Below are positions 47,418-57,202 of a stretch of 64,000 bases of DNA, in pieces (the first letter of the stretch is position 1; each line of letters starts with the position of its first letter). The notes under the pieces were generated by a model. The model was not told the DNA's origin and searched no databases. It saw only the letters and a list, made by a program, of their open reading frames with translations. The stretch comes from Promethearchaeia archaeon. Its GTDB lineage: Archaea > Asgardarchaeota > Lokiarchaeia > Sigyniarchaeales > SOKP01. The stretch spans positions 46,024-110,023 of the forward strand of contig JAWOCD010000017.1 in the NCBI GenBank assembly GCA_046483985.1, in the 5' to 3' direction. Position numbers and translations under genes: made by a program.

Positions 47418-48706
47418 GTTTTGATTAACTCGTGAATAATATTAGAGAATTCGGGAATTTCCTCTTCGATTTGTTCTATACTTTGGAATTCTTCCATAAA
47501 GAGCATGAGGTATAATTTATATTTCCCGACGTTGATTCGTTTAAAGACCACTTTTTTAGCCTCATCGGTTATTCCGGATGAGACAATAAAATTTTGCTTG
47601 AGTAATTTGAATTCCTTAAATGTTTTATATAGGGTTTTAAAATGAGGTGCTGACAGTTCAAACACTTTTCCAAATACCTCATCCTTTGCATAATTGGCCA
47701 GAATAATGCCATTTTCATTTAATAATAAGATTGCGTCAGAATCAGTTTTATTGGCGAATATTCGTAACTGCTGCTCAAACAAATCTCTATTTGGGCTTAA
47801 CTGCGATAACCCAAAGGAATATGCAGAGATTAATGACCATCGATCAAAAATAGAGGTTTTAAATATTTTAATAAAAAAGTCTTCGGAATATTCGTTGAGC
47901 TTATCCTTCAATTTATCAATGTTGTTGTTAATTTCCGTAGATTCTTGTAAGTCGGGGTCGTATTTGTTTAAACAAATAACAATTGGGGGTGATTCATTTA
48001 ATTCTTTTAAAGAATTGATAATATCTTTATAAAGCTTTAATGCCTCATTCATTCGTTCACTATCTTGTACATCAATAATATAGAATAAAAGATCGATATT
48101 ATACAAGTAGATCTTACTTTGTTTAATATATTTATCCCGGTAGCGCTTTTGACCCCCGAGATCCCAAATAGAAATTTGAGAATTTTGTTGGGAGAACAAT
48201 TTTTCCTCACTTCTATCTAATCCCTTGGTGGGAAGAAGTTTTATAATTTCGGAATATTTTTCTTTTATCGCTTTGAGGAAGGACGTTTTTCCCGCGTAAT
48301 CAAGACCTGCATAGACTATCTTAATTTTTCGCTTTGCGGAGAGCGGATTTTCCAAATCTTGGGTAAATTCCATCAATTCCTCTTTAAGCGCGTCCATTAT
48401 TTTCCTATATTCCTCTAAGTCTCCAGCAGCTTGAAGAAGTGAAGCGGTTTTATCGATGATAATCCTTAAGTATTTCATATTTTCATAAAAAAAGCTGGTG
48501 TTATCCTCGTCTATTAAGACGGTAATTGTGCTGGCTTTTGCTTGCCCCCTGGCTTTTTCATCAGCAATCAAGAAGAAATATGTTAATCCAATTAATCCTA
48601 AATCAGGAAATGGAAGTATTCCAAAATAATTTACGCCTTTAATTTCTGTGCCGTTTTGATAAACAGCATCACCCATCAAAAGGGAAATTGTTTTCATTGC
48701 AATCAA
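47408..48706 (-). CDS. Longin - Arf/Rag-like small GTPase - roadblock three-domain protein (true start probably ATC at 48817)
   Basis: G1 GLDYAGKTS, G2 PTKG, G3 WDLGGQ, G4 NKYD, G5 TSI; C-terminal AILLLNENGIILA roadblock; upstream in-frame IKSIILSVFDDDGPTPKVYWP longin. Confidence 0.88.
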   Translation of the reverse strand: MIAMKTISLLMGDAVYQNGTEIKGVNYFGILPFPDLGLIGLTYFFLIADEKARGQAKASTITVLIDEDNTSFFYENMKYLRIIIDKTASLLQAAGDLEEYRKIMDALKEELMEFTQDLENPLSAKRKIKIVYAGLDYAGKTSFLKAIKEKYSEIIKLLPTKGLDRSEEKLFSQQNSQISIWDLGGQKRYRDKYIKQSKIYLYNIDLLFYIIDVQDSERMNEALKLYKDIINSLKELNESPPIVICLNKYDPDLQESTEINNNIDKLKDKLNEYSEDFFIKIFKTSIFDRWSLISAYSFGLSQLSPNRDLFEQQLRIFANKTDSDAILLLNENGIILANYAKDEVFGKVFELSAPHFKTLYKTFKEFKLLKQNFIVSSGITDEAKKVVFKRINVGKYKLYLMLFMEEFQSIEQIEEEIPEFSNIIHELIKTYI

Positions 48707-49088
48707 TAAACGATGAGCTTCATCAATATCTTTAGGCCAATAAACCTTGGGAGTAGGTCCATCGTCATCAAAGACAGAAAGAATAATTGATTTAATTACT
48801 GTATCATTCTTTTCGATTGTATACTCCTCCTTTATGAATTAATAGAGATTCGATTATCAGCGTGAAAATCTCAATTTTTTTCTCAAATATGCGTTTCCTT
48901 CTAATCAAAGTTTACGTTTTTTATAAATTAGTTTTCCATTTAAAGGTTTTTTTCCTTAAAATTTTTAACGAGTTTGGTTAAATAATTTTCAATATTTAAT
49001 AAAAATATCCAAAATATCCAATTACTATGAATAAAGAAATAATTTAATTTTAAAAATTTAATCTCATGGTTCATTTCTCTATTTTTTT

Positions 49089-50933
49089 TTAAATCCGGAA
49101 CTGGACGCATGAAGGGGATAATTCACCTAAAATATCCTCTAATATGTCATTAAAACCATTTTGGGAATCAATGTTAATACGTATAAAGGAATTAATGATA
49201 TTAGAATTCAAAATTGATTGCGTTTGCAGAGATTGGATATTATCAAATCGTAAACTTCTTTTTAATTGGGCAGAATTGAGATACCCCTTTTTTGACTTGA
49301 GATTATCGTTGTTGATGAATCGTTTCACCTTTTTTGGGAAGTGGCGAGTATCCAAGTTTAGAAATCGCTGATTTATGTATGTCGAGAAGTTTTCAAGAAG
49401 GACAAACTTTTTATTCTGTTCTTGTGTAAGCTTTTTGCATTTTTCTCTAATAAATTCGAGTACTTTCTTTCCCAAGAGAAACGAGCTTTCATTATCTTGG
49501 AGATATGCCCCAGTTAAGTTATAAACTGTCCTATTTAATCCAATAACGCTAATAGCTAGTTTTTGGCCCCTTAAATTCAGAAGATTGGTACCATTTAACG
49601 ATCCGCTGCATAGAGGTAAGTGCCCCGAGTTAATCCGATTTTGGATGATTTCATATTTCTTTAAGAGGATATTGGCACAAAGATCTAAACTCTCCTGAAG
49701 AGAGTCAAAAAATTTGGTTTCAGAATGGGTTTTATAACTTATTCGGGGAAGATTAATGCTTATATTTTGCAAGGTACCGTAATTCAAGTATCCTGATTGC
49801 TCGATGATCTCATGTAAATTGGATTTTTGATGGAAATTTTTAAAATACGGAGATTCCGCATTCTTGATTTCATCCCAGAGTTGAGAATAATCATCTCTGC
49901 TTGAGTTTATCTTTTCCGGAGTAAAGCATATTATATGTTTGGGATTATTAAAGGGTTCTGAATTATAATCGCCTTCTATGAAGGTTTCATTAAACTTTTC
50001 AAATAGGGTTTCACATTCGGATTTGTAATCCCCATAGGTTCCTGTTTTCTTCCCATAAGGACCTACGGCGGGTAAGTTAGAGAGCTCTTCAAAGATTTCA
50101 GGACTGGTAGAGATTGAAGAATTCGGAATTTGACGCCCTATTATCATGGGCAATTGATTTATTTCAAAGATGAGACTCCGAACGCTCAGAGCAATCTCTT
50201 TATCTGATAAGTCCGTAACATAAGGTGCCAAAAAGATAGATAAGAAATTAAAACCTTGTCGACCGCAAAACTCTCCCTGCGTCATCGCCAACCATTTTGC
50301 CAAATGAGCGATTGCGACCTTTAAGTTACTTGCTGGACCGCTTTTATTGCAGTGGGTCCAACTATCCGTCGGAGGGAGACCGTTTTTCAAAATCATCCGG
50401 GGATCCCATATTTGAGAATTAGGGCGCAGATCAAAATACCGTAATCCGTGGATATGAATATCACCGTAAAGATGTGCTTTAGATTCATCCCCCTCTAACA
50501 GTTTTAGGTGTGCATATTCCTCTGAAATTCGGTTTGCTGCCCAATGATGAATACTTTCGGGATTCTTATTGACTGAAGTTTCCTGTTTCCTATTTTCGTT
50601 TAATATTCGGTCATAATCCATCAGTGGCATACCGATCCGAGTATATAATTTCCGTTCCTCTTCAAAATGTTGTTCGGATAATATTGAACAGACAATCTCT
50701 CGAATGTGAGGGCCGGAGAGAAAATCTATGCCCGATGAGATAATTCTTCTCACGACTAATTCTGTGATCTTCTCAGCTTCTTGTTCTGATAAATTAGTTT
50801 CCTTTATAAGGCTTTTTTTGATTTTATCCGGTATAAAATTTTCGATATCACCCTCTGTTTGATATACTTTGGGTAATAATTCATCCAAATAAGATTGTTT
50901 CAAAACCTTTCCTCTATTCTTTTTACTCATCAT
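49089..50933 (-). CDS. nrdD: Degenerate class III ribonucleotide reductase (ATP-cone plus NrdD barrel; catalytic Cys and glycyl-radical tail absent)
   Basis: ATP cone; YTRIGMP, NPESIH, AHLYGDIHIH, INLPR are conserved; RPNS in place of PNC; no MGCR, no CxxC/RxxGY C-terminus. Confidence 0.75.
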   Translation of the reverse strand: MMSKKNRGKVLKQSYLDELLPKVYQTEGDIENFIPDKIKKSLIKETNLSEQEAEKITELVVRRIISSGIDFLSGPHIREIVCSILSEQHFEEERKLYTRIGMPLMDYDRILNENRKQETSVNKNPESIHHWAANRISEEYAHLKLLEGDESKAHLYGDIHIHGLRYFDLRPNSQIWDPRMILKNGLPPTDSWTHCNKSGPASNLKVAIAHLAKWLAMTQGEFCGRQGFNFLSIFLAPYVTDLSDKEIALSVRSLIFEINQLPMIIGRQIPNSSISTSPEIFEELSNLPAVGPYGKKTGTYGDYKSECETLFEKFNETFIEGDYNSEPFNNPKHIICFTPEKINSSRDDYSQLWDEIKNAESPYFKNFHQKSNLHEIIEQSGYLNYGTLQNISINLPRISYKTHSETKFFDSLQESLDLCANILLKKYEIIQNRINSGHLPLCSGSLNGTNLLNLRGQKLAISVIGLNRTVYNLTGAYLQDNESSFLLGKKVLEFIREKCKKLTQEQNKKFVLLENFSTYINQRFLNLDTRHFPKKVKRFINNDNLKSKKGYLNSAQLKRSLRFDNIQSLQTQSILNSNIINSFIRINIDSQNGFNDILEDILGELSPSCVQFRI

Positions 50934-51137
50934 ATATCAGTATTTAATCATATATGCCAATTTATTTATAATAAATCGAAAGAACAAATCATAGATTAAA
51001 ACTATTATTTTTTCCTTAATAACGCAGATTGAATCCTCTGTATTTTTTAATATAGGTACTGATAATTAATCATAATTACAATATTTCTGCAGTCTCCTAC
51101 ACTTTATGAAAAATTAAAAATAACTTGTGATATCAAT

Positions 51138-51932
51138 ATGTCGCAATCAATGTCTTCTACTCAGTTGGAAAGTATGTTTCGTATAATTTTCTCGTTGCTT
51201 TCAGATACTAAGAGAAAACTGGTTGTCGTATGGTTTGAAATTACAGAATTCCTTGATCATTTAGATATTCATGAGGAAGAGTTATATCAACTCGTTCTTA
51301 ATTTTGAATCTATAAAACGGATTAAAGGAAACTATACCTATTATGTTTCCGTAAATAAGGTATTATTCATTTTAGAAGCCTTACGAATCTTGAATTACGA
51401 TATTACCATGCTTTGCAGTATCCTCGATTATGCAGGATTTGAACAATTGATCTATCAGATTTTACTCAAAAATAATTTTTTTGCGCTGACAAATTTCAGG
51501 TTTTCCGATACATCCGATTTTCAGAAAACTACCAAACAGAAACGATATGAAATCGATGTGATCGGTGTTTATCGAAAGTATATGTTAATTATCGACGCCA
51601 AACAATGGAAGAAAAAGGATTCCTTTAGTGCCATGAATCGGGCTGCAAACTTACAATATCAACGTGTAAAAGCGCTGAAAAAAAATCCTCTTGCTTTTTC
51701 TGATTTGATCCATCAATTATTAGGACCAAAACCAAAACTGAAAAAATATCTCCCCCTGAATTTAATCCCATTAATGGTGACGTTAGAGGAAAACTCAATC
51801 AAACTGAATAAGAGGGAAATTCCTCTGGTATCCATTTATAAATTCAGTGGATTCTTGAGAGAGTTTCCAAGTATTGATTTATATAAGACAGAAAAAATAA
51901 AAAAAGTCTCTATCCAGCAAAGACTATTCTGA
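51138..51932 (+). CDS. PD-(D/E)xK nuclease-fold protein (Mrr/NERD-like)
   Basis: GFEQLI, YEIDVIG, IIDAKQW. Confidence 0.75.
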   Translation: MSQSMSSTQLESMFRIIFSLLSDTKRKLVVVWFEITEFLDHLDIHEEELYQLVLNFESIKRIKGNYTYYVSVNKVLFILEALRILNYDITMLCSILDYAGFEQLIYQILLKNNFFALTNFRFSDTSDFQKTTKQKRYEIDVIGVYRKYMLIIDAKQWKKKDSFSAMNRAANLQYQRVKALKKNPLAFSDLIHQLLGPKPKLKKYLPLNLIPLMVTLEENSIKLNKREIPLVSIYKFSGFLREFPSIDLYKTEKIKKVSIQQRLF

Positions 51933-51959
51933 GCCTTATACTTGTAATACTCGTGGAAA

Positions 51960-53225
51960 TCAATCCTTTTTTTCAAGGCCAAGATACTTTTTGATTTGCT
52001 TCTTTGCGTTATTCACAGCAATATTAATCACGCCGCTCTTAACACGAGGTTGGGAAAAGAGAATTAAAAACATTCCCTGGGTCATTTTATATTCATTACC
52101 GATGGGGGCTAAGTCTAAAATACCTTTCGTTGCTTTTAGGGAGATTGTTTTAAGTTTTCCGGCACTAAGTCCATCAACAATATCTATACCAATCATAGAT
52201 AAAGTTTGCCCAATCGTAGCGAATAGCGTGTCTGATACTCGATTTGAGATGGCTGAGGCTAATATTGTTCCATCCCCTTTAACAATTGCAGAAGCCTCAA
52301 TATGCATGTCGATTTTAAAGAGGTCCTTGAGGATGTCGTTCATGCTCTGAGGGGGTAATTTCTTTTCTACTTTTTCTTTCTCCTTTTCTTCCTCGTCATG
52401 TGTTTCCTCTGATTTCTGTGAAGGCATAACTAATTTTTTTGAGAGCACCTCCAAAACGTCTTGCATATCCTCTTCAATTTCTTTTTGGCTTCGGTGAGCA
52501 GGAGAAGGTGCTTCGGATTGTTGCGTAGTAGTTGCTCCCGTGAATGCGGACTGATTTGATGTATTTCCTGAATTTTGTTGCTGTCCTCCAGTTTGACGGG
52601 GGATTGGTTTAATGTCTGGTTTTGATTGTGGCTGGGTACTCTGTCCATCATGGGAACCTTGATCTTTAGATGGTCCGTAAACCTCCCTTCTCTGAATGAC
52701 CGGTTCATTAAAAGGCTTTGGGGTAATTTCTTTCAAAAAACCATCGGAATCTTGATTAGTTTGGCGCTGCCGTTGCTGGGTTGGTTGCGTTTGGGAGGTT
52801 TGTCGATTCTGTGGTTCGTTAGGAGGCGAATTCTGAGATACCGTTTGTCCGCGCGATGTTTGATGATTACGATGAGTTTCCTGTTGAGAATTTTCTTGCT
52901 CTGAATTTTGAGGGATTGTTTGCAAATTTCGTTGCTCTGGCGAATGTGACGCTTCTTCCTCGGCACGGGAATTTTGGTTTCCTGAAAAGAATTGTACTTC
53001 AGCGTTTGGATTAGTATTACGTGGTACCCTTCCCCGATTTGTTTGTTGTTGTTGGGGGTGTTCTTTTTCCTTTTCGTTTGATTTATCTTGATCCCCCACT
53101 CCGGGAATGTTAGTGAGATTTATCCTTGATCTTTCTTTTGAAATCGGTAAAGGTGCTCCGCATTTTCTGCAAAATGCGCCATCATGCTCACTATTCGTAG
53201 CACCACAATTGCTGCAAATAATCAT
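51960..53225 (-). CDS. Zn-ribbon plus long Q/N/S/T-rich disordered region plus roadblock domain
   Basis: CSNCG...FCRKCG; over 200 aa of low complexity; IEASAIVKGDGTILASA roadblock. Confidence 0.8.
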   Translation of the reverse strand: MIICSNCGATNSEHDGAFCRKCGAPLPISKERSRINLTNIPGVGDQDKSNEKEKEHPQQQQTNRGRVPRNTNPNAEVQFFSGNQNSRAEEEASHSPEQRNLQTIPQNSEQENSQQETHRNHQTSRGQTVSQNSPPNEPQNRQTSQTQPTQQRQRQTNQDSDGFLKEITPKPFNEPVIQRREVYGPSKDQGSHDGQSTQPQSKPDIKPIPRQTGGQQQNSGNTSNQSAFTGATTTQQSEAPSPAHRSQKEIEEDMQDVLEVLSKKLVMPSQKSEETHDEEEKEKEKVEKKLPPQSMNDILKDLFKIDMHIEASAIVKGDGTILASAISNRVSDTLFATIGQTLSMIGIDIVDGLSAGKLKTISLKATKGILDLAPIGNEYKMTQGMFLILFSQPRVKSGVINIAVNNAKKQIKKYLGLEKKD

Positions 53226-53333
53226 TATTAGAAATATCTGAATGTTCTTAAATTATTCTTATTATAAATATAAAAATTCTTAATTATTAATCTTGGTAAA
53301 AAAATAATTGTTAATAATAAATTTAGATTAGTT

Positions 53334-54299
53334 TTACTTATAAAGAACTTTCTTTAAGAGGGAAACAAACGATTCGCTGTGTTCTTCCTTGAAATCGGGG
53401 GTGTTTTTTAGCAATAAAAGGTAGTAGGGTGCTGTTTCTGTTTCAAATGATATTTGTTTAAAGAGGAAATACTTTCCAAATCTCTGGACGACCATAGATT
53501 CATCAGCCTGGTCTTTGAGCGTGCCTTGACCAAGTTCCCGTCCTTTAAGTGAATCATTCAGAGTTAAGAAATAAGGCGTACTGGAACTCAAGATATGTTT
53601 AATATCTTCATCTTCATAATATTGACCGATGATCAAGGAATTATCATCCAATACCACAACTCCTTGGGCATCGACCTTTTTTGCAAACTCCTCGATCGTT
53701 TTTTCAATTAATTCCGATTTCGGATAGAGAGCCAATAAGATTTCCGACATTGCGGTAATTATAGTAGACAGGTCATAGATGGTAGTTTTATAGAAATATA
53801 ATTTTTTGTAATCGGTAAGGTTTTTAATCTTATCCTTTAGATTTAGGAGGAGATGATTCATTTCTTTTTTTGCGCTTTTCATTAACGCCGGATCTAACTT
53901 GTGAAAAAATACATAGATGGGGGGTCCAATTTCTAATTTAGCAAATTGTTCTATTACATCCGTGAGATAGCTTAAGGCTTCCGGTATTCTCGGTTTATTC
54001 TGAATATCGATTACATAAATGCAGATTTCGGTTCCATCAAAATATTTTGAGGGATTTTTGAGATAAGAGATTCGGTATGAGATTTGCCCTCCTAAGTCCC
54101 ATTCTGATATATCGCGTCCTAAGAATTGGAAAATGCGTCTCTGAGCGCCCCGGGTGGGCTTTAAAATCGCAATCTTTGAAAATTCTCTCTGTAAAGACTT
54201 AATTATTGACGTTTTCCCCGCCATATCCAACCCAGTAAAGAGGATTTTCCTTGCTTCTTTATCTTCTTTTTCTTTTAAATATTCCATAGTTTTAACCAA
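53334..54299 (-). CDS. Arf/Rag-like small GTPase with C-terminal roadblock domain
   Basis: GLDMAGKTS, PTRG, WDLGGQ, HKLD (Rag-type G4); GVVVLDDNSLIIG roadblock. Confidence 0.88.
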   Translation of the reverse strand: MVKTMEYLKEKEDKEARKILFTGLDMAGKTSIIKSLQREFSKIAILKPTRGAQRRIFQFLGRDISEWDLGGQISYRISYLKNPSKYFDGTEICIYVIDIQNKPRIPEALSYLTDVIEQFAKLEIGPPIYVFFHKLDPALMKSAKKEMNHLLLNLKDKIKNLTDYKKLYFYKTTIYDLSTIITAMSEILLALYPKSELIEKTIEEFAKKVDAQGVVVLDDNSLIIGQYYEDEDIKHILSSSTPYFLTLNDSLKGRELGQGTLKDQADESMVVQRFGKYFLFKQISFETETAPYYLLLLKNTPDFKEEHSESFVSLLKKVLYK

Positions 54300-54486
54300 A
54301 ATAAATTTAGTAGTATTTATGTTATTATATAGATATGTTGATTTTAAAATTGTTCACATTCAATTTATATAATTAAATAGATTTACAGAATTATTTATTA
54401 ATTTTTTGTAAAATACGAAATTTTAACTCATTTTCGGTTTTTAAGTTTGCTTCCCCTAAATAAAAACCAAGATTAAGGTTTATGTG

Positions 54487-55878
54487 TTAAAAATTATCCA
54501 ATAAATACGTTTTAAAGTCGCTATATTCCGTTATCTCAACTGGGTTGGGTATTTCATCTTTGTTTTGAATCTTATCTAAAGATTGCGGCATTTCCGGAGT
54601 TACATCTGTTAAGGATATTATCTCGTTTGGAAATTTTGCCGGGTCTGCTGTTTCGAAAGTAATCGAAGTAAATTTCTTATGTTCTGGATGATCCCGTCGA
54701 TATTTTTTAAGAGCTGCCCAGCCCACCGCACCGTGTGGTTCAAGGATCTTCTCAAAGTTGTCGTAAAACTTTGAAATGGTCTCTTTCGTTAATGCGTCAG
54801 TGATAGAATAGGAAGCAATATCCCGCTTTATTTGCTCTAAGTCCGGAGTTTTATGCATATTTCCCTTCTCATCAATCTTCCCATTATAGAGATCGATCAA
54901 TCTCGCAAAATTTGAGGGGTGTCCCACATTCATCGCATTTGAAATGCATTTCTTGGACGGTTCGACCTTTTCGTATTTTCCCGTTTCAAGGAACCGAGGA
55001 AATTCGTCATTTTCATTCACTGCAGCGATAAATTTCTTAACGGGAAGACCCATGTGATGTGCAATTAGCCCCCCCATCAAATTTCCAAAATTTCCGGAGG
55101 GTACAGAAAAGATAACTTGCTCATCAATATCCGAAACTACCTTGGAATAACTCCAAAAATAATAGAGTGTTTGGGGAAGTAATCTTCCAAAATTTATCGA
55201 ATTAGCTGAAGAAAGATTATATTTTTCCAAATCGGGATCTGCGAAAGCATTTTTAACCATTCGTTGGCAGTCATCAAATTTTCCTTCAATTCCGATTGCG
55301 GTAATATTTTTCCCTAAGGTGGTCATCTGTTTTCTCTGTAAATCGCTAATTTCATGTTGGGGGTAGAGCACTACAACTTTTATTCGAGACATCTCGTAAA
55401 AGGCTTGAGCTACTGCCCCACCTGTATCTCCCGAAGTAGCGGTGAGAATGATTACATCGCGATCTTCAATTGAGAGAAAATATTCCATTACCCGTGCTAA
55501 TGTTCGCGCACCGAAATCTTTAAAACTGCACGTTGGACCTTGATCTAAATAACAAATATAATCATCTTCGGTGATTCGATCGATAGGAACTTCAAAATTT
55601 AAAGCATCTTTCACAATTTCTTCCAATTTTTCCTCGGGGATTTGATCTCCAATAATTTTTGAGGTGATGTTAAATCCGATTTCATGGAGTTGCATCTCGC
55701 CAAATTGCTTCAGTTCCTCCCGTTCAATCTTCGGGATTTCCGTGAGCATATAGAGCCCTTTATCTGGTGCTTGACCTGTTAGAATTGCCGTTTTAAAATC
55801 CACATCGGGCGCTTCATGATTTGTTGAATAAAATTCTATTCCTTTTTGAGTCATAAATTTTCTATTCCTTATCATCAA
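54487..55878 (-). CDS. thrC: Threonine synthase (long bacterial/fungal type)
   Basis: GQAPDKGLY, GPTCSFKDFG (PLP Lys), ATSGDTG, SANSINFGRL, PSGNFGN, TADPAKF. Confidence 0.93.
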   Translation of the reverse strand: MMIRNRKFMTQKGIEFYSTNHEAPDVDFKTAILTGQAPDKGLYMLTEIPKIEREELKQFGEMQLHEIGFNITSKIIGDQIPEEKLEEIVKDALNFEVPIDRITEDDYICYLDQGPTCSFKDFGARTLARVMEYFLSIEDRDVIILTATSGDTGGAVAQAFYEMSRIKVVVLYPQHEISDLQRKQMTTLGKNITAIGIEGKFDDCQRMVKNAFADPDLEKYNLSSANSINFGRLLPQTLYYFWSYSKVVSDIDEQVIFSVPSGNFGNLMGGLIAHHMGLPVKKFIAAVNENDEFPRFLETGKYEKVEPSKKCISNAMNVGHPSNFARLIDLYNGKIDEKGNMHKTPDLEQIKRDIASYSITDALTKETISKFYDNFEKILEPHGAVGWAALKKYRRDHPEHKKFTSITFETADPAKFPNEIISLTDVTPEMPQSLDKIQNKDEIPNPVEITEYSDFKTYLLDNF

Positions 55879-56024
55879 TTAAATGTAACTATTATAATAG
55901 TAAAAAAGATAGTTTAATTTTAAATTATTGAGTTTAGGAACTTTATTCCATGAGGAGATTAGAGACTATTTTTGACCATATCAAATTAGCGGGATGGTAC
56001 AGGGAGAGATTTTCAATTAAATAT

Positions 56025-56531
56025 TTAAATGGTTTTAAAAAGCTCATTTACTTTCTGGATGACTAATTTTGGGGTTTTCGCACCATAGACAATATCCGAA
56101 CGTCTATCATCCACTTGAGTATTTGCCATTTTATCTGCCCATCCTTCAATCCCCGTAAAAGCAACGATCTTTTTATTATAAATCCAAGCAAAAGCAATTT
56201 CACTCAGAGTTCCTGCCTTTCCGGAAATTGCCACTATCACATCACCGCTTAACACAACCACTAAATTTCGGGCATGTGAAAAGGGAACGGGAATTGCGAT
56301 ATCTACATAAGGATTTGCCGCAGATTTGTTTTTTTGAGGGATTATTCCGATAGTCGTTCCATCTGCTTGTTTTGCCCCTTTACACACCGCTTCCATAACT
56401 CCGCCTAAACCTCCACAAGAAACAATATATCCGTTCTCGGCTAATAATCGACCAACTTTAATAGCTTTTTTCTCTGTTTTTTTATCTATAAAACTTGCGC
56501 CGATTACTGCCACGGTTCCTTTATATTCCAT
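56025..56531 (-). CDS. TIGR00725/LOG-like protein
   Basis: CGGLGGVMEA, ARN, GTLSEIA. Confidence 0.85.
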   Translation of the reverse strand: MEYKGTVAVIGASFIDKKTEKKAIKVGRLLAENGYIVSCGGLGGVMEAVCKGAKQADGTTIGIIPQKNKSAANPYVDIAIPVPFSHARNLVVVLSGDVIVAISGKAGTLSEIAFAWIYNKKIVAFTGIEGWADKMANTQVDDRRSDIVYGAKTPKLVIQKVNELFKTI

Positions 56532-56572
56532 TTTCTTTCTCTGTTAAATATACTTTCTTTTTTATCATTAGA

Positions 56573-56789
56573 GTGCGACCCAGCCACGTCCTTCTGGGCG
56601 GGGATAAATCGCACATACATTTATAAACGATTAATACTATAAAAATTTTGATGGACGGCAACCCAAATCATCGTGTAACCGCAGGGCCTGCAGGATTAGC
56701 ATTTTGAGTATCTGTAAGACTTGTGCAGTTAGGCGAGCCATTTGTGATAAATTTCGATTCCATCACCTTTTAGGGCATAGTGGTTTAAC
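56573..56789 (+). mobile_element. Non-autonomous IS605-derived miniature element (left end plus omegaRNA-like right end)
   Basis: Left hairpin GTGCGA..CCACGTCCTTCTGGGCGGGG..TCGCAC; internal ACCGCAGGGCCTGCAGGA; right CCTTTTAGGGCATAGTGGTTTAAC; no ORF. Confidence 0.55.
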
Positions 56790-56882
56790 GATCTGCTCAC
56801 TTTATATATATAATGCATACTTTTATATACTTTAAAACAAATTTTTATAATGGGTTCATAAAAATATTCATAAGGGATTATT

Positions 56883-57164
56883 ATGGATTGTTACGATAAG
56901 ATATTGAAGACGTATAATAATAAAGATAGATTCGGATCAGATTATCTTAGAGTATGGAAAAATAAAGCCCTTATTACATTGATGACTATGCTGAAAGAAG
57001 ACAGAGGAGATAATCTGGAGGTTAGAAATAGTCTTATTCTATTAATAAATTTGTTCGATATTAACTCTCCAGATTATTGTACCGAATTAGGTGAAAGTAA
57101 GGACATATTATCCAAAGGAGAAAAGAGAAATCTAAAGGAATTATTAAAACAAGAACTAAACTAA
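56883..57164 (+). CDS. Small hypothetical protein
   Basis: 93-aa ATG ORF with an AAGGGA upstream. Confidence 0.55.
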   Translation: MDCYDKILKTYNNKDRFGSDYLRVWKNKALITLMTMLKEDRGDNLEVRNSLILLINLFDINSPDYCTELGESKDILSKGEKRNLKELLKQELN

Positions 57165-57202
57165 CATAAATTCTTGTTCCTTCGATTAAAACTAAATAAA
57201 TA

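Noticed and set aside
51138-51932. Restriction-modification or defence system
   Set aside because: Lone PD-(D/E)xK gene with no methyltransferase or other defence gene adjacent
25791-56796. Identical 13-mer TTTAACGATCTGC beside two IS ends (25791-25803 and 56784-56796) as a guide-target pair
   Set aside because: Only 7 nt beyond the putative end match; chance 13-mer matches are expected in 64 kb of AT-rich DNA
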